Notes under the pieces: model-generated
Databases searched by the model: none
Told to the model about the DNA's origin: nothing
Seen by the model: the letters and a program-made list of their open reading frames with translations, nothing else
NCBI GenBank assembly: GCA_028687915.1
Contig: JAQTZF010000001.1
Span: 866,634-930,633 of the forward strand
Direction: 5' to 3'
Source of the DNA: Candidatus Daviesbacteria bacterium
GTDB lineage: Bacteria > Patescibacteriota > Microgenomatia > Daviesbacterales > UBA10151
DNA: 64,000 bases
Shown here: one piece after another, positions 42,225-51,934 of the stretch
Layout of the letters: the number at the start of each line of letters is the position of its first letter
Position numbering within the stretch: the first letter of the stretch is position 1
Position numbers and translations under genes: made by a program

Positions 42225-42929
42225 ATGAACACACCAAAAGCATACACTCAGGGTTGGATAGAATTTTACAAATTAAGGTTTAAAGTAACCCCCGACGTTT
42301 TAATCCCCCGCCCTGAAACAGAGCTTTTAATAGATGAAGTACTAAATTATATTAAGGAAAACAAAAAAGAAAATATTATAGTTTTGGATGTGGGTACTGG
42401 TTCCGGTGCCATTGCCATATCAATTACCAAAAATCTTTCCGCCTCTCAAACAAACACACAAATTATAGCTACAGATATCTCTAAAGAAGCTTTAAAAGTA
42501 GCGAAACAAAATGCCAAATTACATGGAGTTTTAGATAAAATTACTTTTATTCAAAGTGACCTTTTATCCGACTTAGATCCTTCGACTCAAGAGTCCACCG
42601 GACTCTTTCCCACTCAGGATGACAATTTAATTATAGTCACCAACCTCCCCTATATTCCCACAGAAAGAATTCCCTATCTTGATTCATCAGTCAAAGATTT
42701 TGAACCTTTTATTGCTTTGGATGGTGGTGAAGATGGTTTTGAACTTTACAGAAAATTATTTTCCCAAATAGTCAAAAAAGGCTGGAAACCTAAACTTTTG
42801 GTAGGAGAAATAGATTACACTCATGGAGAATTAGCAATATACGAAGCCCAAAAATATTTTCCAAAGTCAAATGTAGAGGTAATTAAGGATCTTGCTCACC
42901 TGCAAAGAATTTTAAAAATCACGTTCTAG
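42225..42929 (+). CDS. prmC: Release factor glutamine methyltransferase (N-terminally short)
   Basis: DVLIPRPETE, LDVGTGSGAIA, NLPY, EP..ALDGGEDG; adjacent to prfA. Confidence 0.9.
   Translation: MNTPKAYTQGWIEFYKLRFKVTPDVLIPRPETELLIDEVLNYIKENKKENIIVLDVGTGSGAIAISITKNLSASQTNTQIIATDISKEALKVAKQNAKLHGVLDKITFIQSDLLSDLDPSTQESTGLFPTQDDNLIIVTNLPYIPTERIPYLDSSVKDFEPFIALDGGEDGFELYRKLFSQIVKKGWKPKLLVGEIDYTHGELAIYEAQKYFPKSNVEVIKDLAHLQRILKITF
42575..42624 (+). repeat. Right half of the 41101 element, in frame inside prmC
   Basis: AGATCCTTC..AAGAGTCC-ACC-GGACTCTT..CTCAGGATGACA. Confidence 0.72.
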
Positions 42930-42972
42930 ACTTTTATTTTTTCAAAAAGTATAATCTCTTAAGCTTTAATTT

Positions 42973-43698
42973 ATGGCAAACGATAAACTTAGTTACGACA
43001 GAGTGATGTTAAAAATATCCGGAGAACTTTTCGGGGATGATGAGGGTCATGGTATTAATTTTTCAGCCTTTGAAAAAATTGCTCAGGATATTATAAATAT
43101 CAGAGAAAAAACTAAAGTTGAGTTAGCTTTAGTTGTAGGAGGGGGTAATATTTTCCGCGGTAGATACAAATCAGAACAAGTTGATGAAGCCACAGCAGAT
43201 TATATGGGTATGATGGCCACAGTTATTAACGGAATGGGGTTACAAGAGGCTTTGGAGCGCCTCGGAGCACCAACCAGAATGATGACAGCAATAGAAATAA
43301 AAGCAGTAGCAGAGCCGTATATTCGCAGAAAAGCATTAAGACACCTTACTAAAGGCAGAATTGTTATTTTTACTGCGGGTACAGGCAACCCCTTTTTTAC
43401 TACAGACTCAGGTGCAGCTCTTCGGGCAGCAGAATTAAATTGTGATGTTATTTTAAAAGCCACCAATGTTGATGGTGTTTATACAGAAGATCCTAATAAA
43501 AATCCTGATGCCAAGTTACTAACTAATATAACTTATCAGGAAGCAATTGAGAAAAATTTAGAAGTAATGGATGCTACAGCTTTTGCATTATGCAAAAGAC
43601 AAAACATTCCAATCATTGTATTTAATATTGATAAGTTAAATGACCTCGACCAAATATTAACTGGTCATAATTTTGGAACTTTGGTTTCAGAAAACTAA
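42973..43698 (+). CDS. pyrH: UMP kinase
   Basis: LKISGE, VVGGGNIFRG, DYMGMMAT, GTGNPFFTTD, VMDATA. Confidence 0.96.
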   Translation: MANDKLSYDRVMLKISGELFGDDEGHGINFSAFEKIAQDIINIREKTKVELALVVGGGNIFRGRYKSEQVDEATADYMGMMATVINGMGLQEALERLGAPTRMMTAIEIKAVAEPYIRRKALRHLTKGRIVIFTAGTGNPFFTTDSGAALRAAELNCDVILKATNVDGVYTEDPNKNPDAKLLTNITYQEAIEKNLEVMDATAFALCKRQNIPIIVFNIDKLNDLDQILTGHNFGTLVSEN

Positions 43699-44945
43699 AT
43701 TTGTTCGTCAAGCACTTCCAGTGCTTTCTCCAATTGATTATCTTTTAAAGGATCTTTCTCATCTGCTTTATATTCAATAGCAACATCAGGAGTTAATCCT
43801 ATTCCATGAATCCATCTGCCTGATGGTGTTAACCATTTAGCTGTTGTGATATGTATTCCTGTACCCTGAGGTAAATCTTCTGTTGATTGAATTGTACCTT
43901 TACCAAAAGACTGTTCCCCTACCAACCTTGCTCTTTTATTATCCTGCATAGCTCCGGCTAAAATTTCTGAAGCAGAAGCAGAACCTTTATTAATTAGGAT
44001 TACCAAAGGAATTTTTAACATTCTGCCTTGTCTGGTTACCACCAGTTCCTGTCTTTGACCCACCGAGTTTTCTTGCAAAACAATCGGTCCGGAACCAATA
44101 AATTCAGAACCAATATTTACAGCTGATTCTAGATATCCACCCGGATTATTTCTCACATCAACAATTACTCCCTGAGGTGGATTAGATAAAGCTGATGTCA
44201 CAGCTTCAGCCCATTCCTTATCAGTTTTTTCACCAAATCCTGATAAACGGATATAAGCAACTCCCCTTCCTTGTGGTGTAGTTTTCATATTCAAATCCAC
44301 AGTTTTTACAATAATGGTATCCCGGGAAAGTGTCACATCACGGGGCTTATCTGCACCTTCGCTAAAAATTGATAAAGATACTTTGGTTCCTTTTGGACCC
44401 CTGATTAAATTAACAGCGTCTGGTAAGGATAAATTATTTACATCTTTTTTATCAATGGAAAGTATTAAATCCCCAGCTTTTATACCAGCCTTTTCTGCCG
44501 GAGTATCTTTTAACGGTGCAATCACAACCAATCTTTTATCCTTGTTATAGCCAAGCTGCATTCCCACACCTTCAAAAGAACCCCCTAATTGTTCTTTGGT
44601 ATTCTTTTGAGATTCAGGTGGTAAAAATACAGTATATGGATCCCCTATTGCAGCTACCATTCCCTGAATTGCACCATAATATAATTTCTGTGGATCAATA
44701 GCTTTTTTATCTATATATTTTTGTGAAACTAAATCCCAAACTTTCCAAAAAAGAGAAAAGTCCATATTTGTTCTTACTTCTGATGAGCTGTTTACACCAA
44801 AAGAATTTAAAGAAATCTCTCTTTGACCAATTTGGTAGCCTAAAATAAAAATCAGTAAAATTATGGCAATATAACCTAAACCTGTTTGGGGAATTTTTAG
44901 AAAGCTTTTTAAGATTGAATCTTTTTTAGTTATTAGTGGATCCAT
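43695..44945 (-). CDS. S41 C-terminal processing peptidase (CtpA-like)
   Basis: GDPYT, PDZ domain, DVRNNPGG, SASASEI, GKGTIQ, GLTPD; start taken at ATG 44945. Confidence 0.92.
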   Translation of the reverse strand: MDPLITKKDSILKSFLKIPQTGLGYIAIILLIFILGYQIGQREISLNSFGVNSSSEVRTNMDFSLFWKVWDLVSQKYIDKKAIDPQKLYYGAIQGMVAAIGDPYTVFLPPESQKNTKEQLGGSFEGVGMQLGYNKDKRLVVIAPLKDTPAEKAGIKAGDLILSIDKKDVNNLSLPDAVNLIRGPKGTKVSLSIFSEGADKPRDVTLSRDTIIVKTVDLNMKTTPQGRGVAYIRLSGFGEKTDKEWAEAVTSALSNPPQGVIVDVRNNPGGYLESAVNIGSEFIGSGPIVLQENSVGQRQELVVTRQGRMLKIPLVILINKGSASASEILAGAMQDNKRARLVGEQSFGKGTIQSTEDLPQGTGIHITTAKWLTPSGRWIHGIGLTPDVAIEYKADEKDPLKDNQLEKALEVLDEQI

Positions 44946-46084
44946 TAAATTAATATTTCTAGATTTTGATAGCAAACCCTCACGCTTTTTTTATTTGTTT
45001 TTACGGTCACCAGTATGGAATTTATTCCAGAAGGCATCTTTGATGAAACTTTATCAATTGCTTCCACCATTCCCTGATCCCCAAAACTGTCCGGACCAAT
45101 GATTCTAACCCTTTGGTTTAACTGAAGTTTCATAACCTTCAATCCTGGTCCTAAATCCTCAGTAGGATTTTTCGCTATTTTTGTCTTGCGTATGTAGATC
45201 ATACAATTCTGCGAAGCACTTGGCAAGATTAAACGATTTAAGTTGCCATCTAAAATAGAAAAATTACCGTGATTTTTTTGTAAAAGAGAGAAGATATCAT
45301 CACCCATATGTGCAGAACCAAAGCCTTCTGTAATTAATATGCTAAAACCAATATCTGCCCAATGACGGTTATAGATATTCCATCCTCCGGCTAAGGATTT
45401 ATAGTTTTTAGCATTAATGCCACCGGAAATTATACCAGCTATTCCATACTCTGCTGCTTTTTCCAGGCCATCTGCAAAAACAATCTCTCCTCCTACAATA
45501 ATCTGGCCTTTCATGGTTTGCTCCAGTTGCCTTGAACCAATCAAAACTTCTTTTGATCCAATTACATTTAATACCCCTTCTCTTTCTTTACCTGACCCAA
45601 GCATCCCGTAAATAAAACTTGCCATGGTACGGATAGTAATCACCCCTTTTGTTTCATCAACATCATCTATAATTCCCCACACACCACAAGCCAACTTTAT
45701 GGTTTTGGGGAATAATTTAATCCTTAAAGTTCCATTTTTCTCATCATAATAATCTAATATTCCGTCATCAGGTGATAGTAATATTTTTTCTCCCAAACCA
45801 AGAACCCCTTTTTTGGAAGCCAAAAGTTCACCTGTAAAAATATTACTGCCTAAAGGACGGCTAAGAAATTTAATGCCATCACTACCACTTATACCCAATT
45901 CTTTTGCTAAATTAACTACTCTAAATCCGGCACTGGTTTTACCTTCAGCTAAGATTGCATTTGGAGCTACTTCATCTCCAACTTTTACGTTCACTTTAGT
46001 AATAGCTGAAGGTAAAGTCCGTTTGATATGAGTTATCTGATCTGTAACTATTCTGGTACGTGCATTAAGTAAAATTTGATCCAT
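44945..46084 (-). CDS. Hypothetical protein (barrel-sandwich-hybrid-like repeats, C-terminal KOW-like motif)
   Basis: VKVGDEV..ILA, LSPDDGIL, ITEGFG, QRVRIIGPDSFGDQGMV. Confidence 0.55.
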   Translation of the reverse strand: MDQILLNARTRIVTDQITHIKRTLPSAITKVNVKVGDEVAPNAILAEGKTSAGFRVVNLAKELGISGSDGIKFLSRPLGSNIFTGELLASKKGVLGLGEKILLSPDDGILDYYDEKNGTLRIKLFPKTIKLACGVWGIIDDVDETKGVITIRTMASFIYGMLGSGKEREGVLNVIGSKEVLIGSRQLEQTMKGQIIVGGEIVFADGLEKAAEYGIAGIISGGINAKNYKSLAGGWNIYNRHWADIGFSILITEGFGSAHMGDDIFSLLQKNHGNFSILDGNLNRLILPSASQNCMIYIRKTKIAKNPTEDLGPGLKVMKLQLNQRVRIIGPDSFGDQGMVEAIDKVSSKMPSGINSILVTVKTNKKSVRVCYQNLEILI

Positions 46085-46087
46085 AAG

Positions 46088-46696
46088 TTAACTTATCCTT
46101 GCATCAACCATCAAACCTAATTGACCTGTAACAACTTCAATAGAAAGAACTTTTTTATCCATTAAGGTGGCACTCGCAGAGGTAAAAGTAATATCAGCTC
46201 TGGATTGAGTAATTGGAATAGTAGCCATGGCGCCAGCTTTTATTTGATATTGTTTTCCCCCCACTCCAATTGTAACTATACTCCCTGCTCCTAAATTATC
46301 AGGCCGAATTAAAGTTCCCAAATTTTTTGGACCTAAATTTAATGATTTCAACCAAAAAGCAGTAATACCTGGCGGAAGTATAGCATCAATAAATATGGTC
46401 ACTAGCTTTTGGATATCCGGGAAATATTGTAAAAATCCCTCCGGGATTTCAATCTTTTTTAAATTCTTGTTATAAAATTTATCCTGATTTTTCTCTATTA
46501 CTTTACGAATAATAGCAAAATTAAAAGCTAGGTCTTTTGCAGCCTGAGGAATAACTTGAGGGTATAACATTCTGTTCCCAATTTTATTTTCAAGAATAAT
46601 TGCATCTTCTGGTTGAGGTAACCATTGCTGAATGTCAGAAACAGAGACTTCTTCTAATTTAGAAAAATAATCGAGTATGACAGTATCGTTAGGCAT
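46088..46696 (-). CDS. Hypothetical protein
   Basis: 202-aa ORF ending GQLGLMVDAR; 3 nt from the next gene. Confidence 0.6.
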   Translation of the reverse strand: MPNDTVILDYFSKLEEVSVSDIQQWLPQPEDAIILENKIGNRMLYPQVIPQAAKDLAFNFAIIRKVIEKNQDKFYNKNLKKIEIPEGFLQYFPDIQKLVTIFIDAILPPGITAFWLKSLNLGPKNLGTLIRPDNLGAGSIVTIGVGGKQYQIKAGAMATIPITQSRADITFTSASATLMDKKVLSIEVVTGQLGLMVDARIS

Positions 46697-46714
46697 TAAA
46701 CACAGTATAACGTG

Positions 46715-47086
46715 TTAGACTCTGACAGTAAATGGAAGTAAAGCTAAATGTCTGGCTCTTTTAATTTCTTTGGTGATTCTTCTTTGATGTTTAGCACAAG
46801 ATCCTGATCTGGTTCTGGTAACTATTCTACCGCGGTCATTAATAAATCTACGTAAAGCTACAATATCAAAATAATGTGGTTCTGTTTTATTACTACAAAA
46901 TTGGCAAACTTTTTTAAGACGTGGAGCAGATTGTCTTCTGGATTCTTCACCACTTTCAGATACTTCCTGTTCTGCAACTTTTGTAACTTTTTCAGCTGCT
47001 TCTTTTTTAGGTGCAGCAGATTTTTCCCCAGAAACAGGTGTAGTACTGATTATTCCTTTAGATAATATTTTTCTTGTTGTTGCCAT
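46715..47086 (-). CDS. rpsR: 30S ribosomal protein S18 with N-terminal extension
   Basis: CQFC..LRRFINDRGRIVTRTRSGSCAKHQR..IKRARHLALLPF. Confidence 0.95.
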   Translation of the reverse strand: MATTRKILSKGIISTTPVSGEKSAAPKKEAAEKVTKVAEQEVSESGEESRRQSAPRLKKVCQFCSNKTEPHYFDIVALRRFINDRGRIVTRTRSGSCAKHQRRITKEIKRARHLALLPFTVRV

Positions 47087-47141
47087 ATAAAATAGGTACG
47101 AATGGGATTATATCAAGCTTAGAGTATTAAGGCAAGGGTAA

Positions 47142-47666
47142 TTAAAAAGGAAGGTCTTCATCTGCAACTGATTCATTTGGTGCCGGAGTTGCTTCTTCTT
47201 GTGGTTTTGTCTCTGCTTCAGCCTTGATTGGTTCAGAATCAGCTTCTTTTTTTTCTGATACTTCTGGTAAAGATACATCTCCCACGGGTGCACCCGAAAC
47301 CTTTTCTGATACAAAACCTGTATCTCCCTCACCTTTTGGAGTAATTAAAATCATATCCTCTAAAACAATTTCTGCATCTCTTCTTTTATTTCCATCCTGA
47401 CCTGTCCATTCACGATATTGTAGTCTTCCTGATACAAAAACCCGTGAACCTTTTTTCATTAATTGGTTGCAAAGTTCTGCTAATTTTCCCCAGGCAATAA
47501 CTTTATGAAAATCTACTTCTTCTTTTTTTTCTCCTTCAGAGGTAAATGTGCGGTTTGTGGCAATTCCAATTGTAGCAACAGCTGTGCCAGATGGTGTATA
47601 ACGAAGTTCGGGATCTCTAGTTAAATTTCCAATTAATTCTACTTTATTCCAAGACCTGCTGCCCAT
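47142..47666 (-). CDS. ssb: Single-stranded DNA-binding protein
   Basis: NKVELIGNLTRDPELRYTPSG; C-terminal DEDLPF; start ATG 47666. Confidence 0.96.
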   Translation of the reverse strand: MGSRSWNKVELIGNLTRDPELRYTPSGTAVATIGIATNRTFTSEGEKKEEVDFHKVIAWGKLAELCNQLMKKGSRVFVSGRLQYREWTGQDGNKRRDAEIVLEDMILITPKGEGDTGFVSEKVSGAPVGDVSLPEVSEKKEADSEPIKAEAETKPQEEATPAPNESVADEDLPF

Positions 47667-47682
47667 ATTTTTACTTTCTTTA

Positions 47683-47955
47683 TTATTTGATTCGAACAAT
47701 CAAATGACGAATAATATCTTCTTCTAGTTTAATAAACTTGTCAAGCGGATCGATCATATTTGGTTCAACCTGAAAGAAATAATGAGCATAATAACCTTTA
47801 CCTAATTTTTGGATTGGATAACTAAGGTCTCTTACACCCCATAATTCTTCTTTAACATCCTCGCCCATTTTTTTGGTCACAGAATCCAAAAGCTCTTTAC
47901 GAACCTTTTCATCCATCTCGGGTCTGGTCACAATTGTTAATGCATATTTATTCAT
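47683..47955 (-). CDS. rpsF: 30S ribosomal protein S6
   Basis: WGVRDLSYPIQK..GYY..IIRHLIV; rpsF-ssb-rpsR order. Confidence 0.95.
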   Translation of the reverse strand: MNKYALTIVTRPEMDEKVRKELLDSVTKKMGEDVKEELWGVRDLSYPIQKLGKGYYAHYFFQVEPNMIDPLDKFIKLEEDIIRHLIVRIK

Positions 47956-47969
47956 ACTGAGGAATTGTA

Positions 47970-48683
47970 CTAGTTGCTGGCCATAATTTCAATAGCCGAA
48001 GCTATTTTGATTGCCAGGCAAACAGTACTGAGTGAATATGCTTCAGAGCATTCCAGGTATTTTATAGCCATTTCTGAAAAACCTAAGCGGGGACGCCATT
48101 CTGATGTAATAGCAATAACATTTCCAACACTATCCAACACAGGACCCCCACTGTTACCAGGTTCTACCCGGGCACTAACTAAAATTGAACTTGAGCCTAA
48201 ATAATTAATCTGACCAATAGATGCAACTGGACTTTTAGAATTTCTGGCGGCTAAATATTTATCTGGATATCCAAATGCAATTACTCTATCCACTTTAGCT
48301 AAATCATCAGATATATTTAATGACTTTACTCTTAGATTTATTCCTGTTACAGGTAATACAAAAAGATCTTCTTCATCGCTATCTAAGCAGGGAAGTTTTT
48401 TAGGATCAAAAACCAAACTTCTTCCTTCCGGAAATATAATTCGTCTCCTGTCAAACTTACCATCACGGTTTAGAAAGCAATGTCTTGCAGATAAAAGATA
48501 TTGTCTATCCTTATATATACTTAAGCAACAGCCTCCAAACAACCCTTCTTCTCCCATAACCCTACCTACTGAGTTCGAGGCTTCCCTTAACTGAGGTGGT
48601 AAGTCTTTTGTTTCAAAAAAATAACCTTCCTGAGGAGACACTGGTTCTGTTAAAGAAAATGTTGGATGTTCTTGTGTAATCAC
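47970..48683 (-). CDS. Trypsin-like serine protease, no obvious signal peptide
   Basis: LSARHC, DLFVL, GYP, PGNSGGPV. Confidence 0.85.
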   Translation of the reverse strand: MITQEHPTFSLTEPVSPQEGYFFETKDLPPQLREASNSVGRVMGEEGLFGGCCLSIYKDRQYLLSARHCFLNRDGKFDRRRIIFPEGRSLVFDPKKLPCLDSDEEDLFVLPVTGINLRVKSLNISDDLAKVDRVIAFGYPDKYLAARNSKSPVASIGQINYLGSSSILVSARVEPGNSGGPVLDSVGNVIAITSEWRPRLGFSEMAIKYLECSEAYSLSTVCLAIKIASAIEIMASN

Positions 48684-48722
48684 AGCTACCTATTATACTA
48701 TAAGTTATCAATAGCTTCAAAC

Positions 48723-50540
48723 CTAGGACTCGTAGCTTTTAGCCTGGACCACAAACATTTTGGCATATTTACCATTAAGTTTCATAAGTTCTGTATGAGT
48801 TCCACTTTCTGAAATCTTTCCTGCTTCTACCACCATTATTTTATTAGCATTCTTAACTGTAGAAAATCTGTGAGAAACTAAAATTAAAGTCCTGTCTTTA
48901 TATAGTTTTTCCAGCTGGTTAAAAATTTCAAACTCTGCTTCCGGATCTATGGCACTGGTTGGCTCATCCATAATTAATACTGGTGCCTGCATATAAAATG
49001 CCCTGGCAATAGCTACTTTTTGCCACTGTCCAATTGATAAATCCTCCCCATCTTCAAATTGCCTGCCTAAATATTGGTCATATCCTTTGGGGAATTTTTC
49101 AATTAAATCTGATACTCCGGCTAATTTTGCTGATTGTTTCATTAAATCATTATCTTCTTTTAATGTATCCCCTAAAACTATATTTTCTCTGGCTGTAAAT
49201 TGATATTTCACAAAGTCCTGAAAAAGAGTTCCCAAAAACTTATACCAATTATTTAAACTTAAGTCTTTAATATTTACCCCATTAATTAATATTTCCCCGC
49301 TATCTGCATCATAAAAACGACAAAGTAATTTAATAATAGTCGTTTTCCCTGCCCCATTTTCTCCCACTAAGGCAATACTTTCACCGGGATTAATTGTAAA
49401 TGAAACATTATCCAGTGCCTTACGTGTCTTGGTATAACTAAAACTTACATTTTTAAATTCAATTACAGGAGGTTTAATTTCATCAAAAATAACAGGGTTT
49501 TCTTTTTCTTTAATTTTCTTGGGAAGACTCATGACTTCCAGGAAATTATCCACAGACAATTTATTAGAATAAACCCAGCCAAAATATCCTGCTACATTTC
49601 CAGCCTGAATGTTTAACTGATCAATCATGGTTATAACTAAAGCAAAACTACCAATGGTGAATGATCCTGAAATAACTTCAGGAAGTTTTAATGAAGCAAT
49701 TACCAGAAGAACTATAGTTTCTAAAATTAAAGGTGCAATAGTAGTCCAAACATAATTATTAAGAGGTTTTTCATAAAGACCTAAAAGATATTCCTGAATA
49801 CCTTTATATTTATCCAATAAAAAGTTTTTAGCCTGAAAAATCCTTATTTCAGATAAAGAAGTTCTTTCTGAAAACAGAGTCTGAAAATACCAAAGTTTTC
49901 TCACCTCAGGTATCCCGGAACCATAAAAGGACCATTCTATATCTCCATATCTTGTCTTTAAATAAAGCCTTGGTAATACTGTTATTGTAATAACAAAAGG
50001 CACCCACCATAAAATTGGTAATAAAATTATGTAAGCTGCCAAAAAGCTAATAAGACCAGTGATAACATAACTTAAAGCCCTTAAAAAATCAGGTACCCTC
50101 CAGGCAACAGTATCTCTGGTTTTAGCAATCAAATTTTGAGTCTCAAAGTTTTCCAGATCAGCCATATCCAAATCAGCCATTTTGGAATAAAAAAGAAAAG
50201 TTAAATAATTTTGTAATTTATAACGAAAAAGGTAGTCACAATATGTTTGATATAAAACGTTATACAATACATCCTGAACAAAATTAACCACATACCTTGC
50301 CATCAAAACTACTATTAATATTAAAGGAATTGTCTTCGTACCTAATTGTTGTGAAACCTGTAAATAATCTATTAAATATTTTGTGCTTAATCCTGCTGCT
50401 GCCGGGCCCAAAGCACCCAAAGCTGCTGTACCGTAATACATTACTGTAATCCGTGCATCCATCTGCCAGGCAATAGCCAGCATCTTTTTTGCATCAATAA
50501 AGATTTCTTTTAATTTGGTAGTAATCCTAATTTTTTCCAT
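48723..50540 (-). CDS. ABC exporter, fused TMD-NBD
   Basis: GENGAGKTT, LSIGQWQK, IMDEPT, SHRFST; N-terminal TM segments. Confidence 0.93.
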   Translation of the reverse strand: MEKIRITTKLKEIFIDAKKMLAIAWQMDARITVMYYGTAALGALGPAAAGLSTKYLIDYLQVSQQLGTKTIPLILIVVLMARYVVNFVQDVLYNVLYQTYCDYLFRYKLQNYLTFLFYSKMADLDMADLENFETQNLIAKTRDTVAWRVPDFLRALSYVITGLISFLAAYIILLPILWWVPFVITITVLPRLYLKTRYGDIEWSFYGSGIPEVRKLWYFQTLFSERTSLSEIRIFQAKNFLLDKYKGIQEYLLGLYEKPLNNYVWTTIAPLILETIVLLVIASLKLPEVISGSFTIGSFALVITMIDQLNIQAGNVAGYFGWVYSNKLSVDNFLEVMSLPKKIKEKENPVIFDEIKPPVIEFKNVSFSYTKTRKALDNVSFTINPGESIALVGENGAGKTTIIKLLCRFYDADSGEILINGVNIKDLSLNNWYKFLGTLFQDFVKYQFTARENIVLGDTLKEDNDLMKQSAKLAGVSDLIEKFPKGYDQYLGRQFEDGEDLSIGQWQKVAIARAFYMQAPVLIMDEPTSAIDPEAEFEIFNQLEKLYKDRTLILVSHRFSTVKNANKIMVVEAGKISESGTHTELMKLNGKYAKMFVVQAKSYES

Positions 50541-50614
50541 ATAAATTATAATAACATTATTTCTGAGGCTATGTAATGCTTAGAATAATTAAATTAACTC
50601 AGAAGGGTTGTCGT

Positions 50615-50722
50615 TTAAAGATGTTGTTGGATTGCAAATTGTTCTTCAATATAAGCTTCAATCTCCGCTTCTACACGGCGTACATTCCCTCTCCAAAATT
50701 TTTCTATTTTTTCGCTTAGCAT
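50615..50722 (-). other. 35-aa small ORF or gene remnant
   Basis: MLSEKIEKFWRGNVRRVEAEIEAYIEEQFAIQQHL*. Confidence 0.25.
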
Positions 50723-50823
50723 AGCTTACCGGAAGTATACTATGAGCCCACCACAAATACAACCATATAATCTATGCTTTTTTTGACTTTTAGCTTTAAA
50801 TTAGATAAAATATATCTTATAGT

Positions 50824-51558
50824 ATGAAAGATGCTGAACTAACCACCTCAAAGCTGGAACAACATCAAAAAATAACCCGTCAACCAAATAATCTTATGCT
50901 GCCTACACCCGAAAAATTACAAATTATTAATCTTTTAGAAGCTAACCTTAAAGAGCGAGACTATTTTGCTTCCCAAGTAGATAGATGCAAAGGAAAGTTA
51001 CATGTTTTGACTCATCCTTTTTATCATGAAGAATTTAATGGATATCCAGAAATACCAGGTTATGCCAAAGCGAGAGATATACTCATTAAATCTTGTATTA
51101 CACATGATATACCCTTAGTCATCTTTGAAGAATCATCTAAATGCCGAACTCTCTCATTAAAAATTCCAGAGATTCCAGGAATTTTATATGTAGTAAAAAC
51201 GGAAGGAGCTTCAAATTATTTAGAATATGATCATTATCAAAATCAAAAAAAACTCACTGCATTGTTTAAATGGGCCGGAGTATCTCGTATTGTAGCTGGA
51301 GGACAATATATGTTTCTTAGAAAATTTCCCCAAGATGTAAAAAACCCTCATGATAGACGTACACTTAATGATTTAGGATTCTTAAAACATTTAAGACCTA
51401 ACGCGAAAAAATGGATTGATCAAAGGATAATTCCTGAAAAATGTGCTGGAGGAATAGCTAGTAACTTTTTAATATCTGGTTTTGATGTTTCTCTTTCCCC
51501 TGTGTCTTCCCCTCATAACTTTTACCTAGGACATTGTAAAATAGTTCAAGGAAGCTAA
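50824..51558 (+). CDS. Hypothetical protein
   Basis: 244-aa ORF; upstream TTGACT-N17-TAAAAT. Confidence 0.65.
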   Translation: MKDAELTTSKLEQHQKITRQPNNLMLPTPEKLQIINLLEANLKERDYFASQVDRCKGKLHVLTHPFYHEEFNGYPEIPGYAKARDILIKSCITHDIPLVIFEESSKCRTLSLKIPEIPGILYVVKTEGASNYLEYDHYQNQKKLTALFKWAGVSRIVAGGQYMFLRKFPQDVKNPHDRRTLNDLGFLKHLRPNAKKWIDQRIIPEKCAGGIASNFLISGFDVSLSPVSSPHNFYLGHCKIVQGS

Positions 51559-51580
51559 TAAAGATTAAAAGTTAATTTTA

Positions 51581-51650
51581 TTTCTGGTAATATCTGGCAA
51601 TATTAGGAATTATTTGGTAATATTAGGCAATATATGGCAATGTCTGTTAA
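51581..51650 (+). repeat. Seven degenerate 10-bp tandem repeats spanning the start of the wHTH gene
   Basis: TTTCTGGTAA TATCTGGCAA TATTAGGAAT TATTTGGTAA TATTAGGCAA TATATGGCAA TGTCTGTTAA. Confidence 0.8.
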
Positions 51651-51870
51651 TTCTTTGTTTATCAAGCAAGCTGCTGTTTTAGAAGTAATCGAAGAATATA
51701 ATTTAATTAACTTTTCCACTTTAAAAAGACAATTTTTAGGCATCAATGATAGAACCTTAAGATATCATCTAAAAAGATTAGTAGATTTAGGCTTTATCAA
51801 AAAAAGAGGTACAACTAAAGGCGTATATTACGAAGCTCTAGCCTCACAAGGACCAACCTTGCAAGGCTAA
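51634..51870 (+). CDS. Small winged-helix DNA-binding protein
   Basis: DRTLRYHLKRLVDLGFIKKRGTTKGVYY. Confidence 0.8.
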   Translation: MAMSVNSLFIKQAAVLEVIEEYNLINFSTLKRQFLGINDRTLRYHLKRLVDLGFIKKRGTTKGVYYEALASQGPTLQG

Positions 51871-51934
51871 TATTAAAGTTTAATATTTTTTACTGCTTGA
51901 CAGTAACCCATAATAATATTATCCTCCTTTTTAT

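Noticed and set aside
51581-51650. CRISPR array
   Set aside because: Contiguous 10-bp units without spacers; no cas genes
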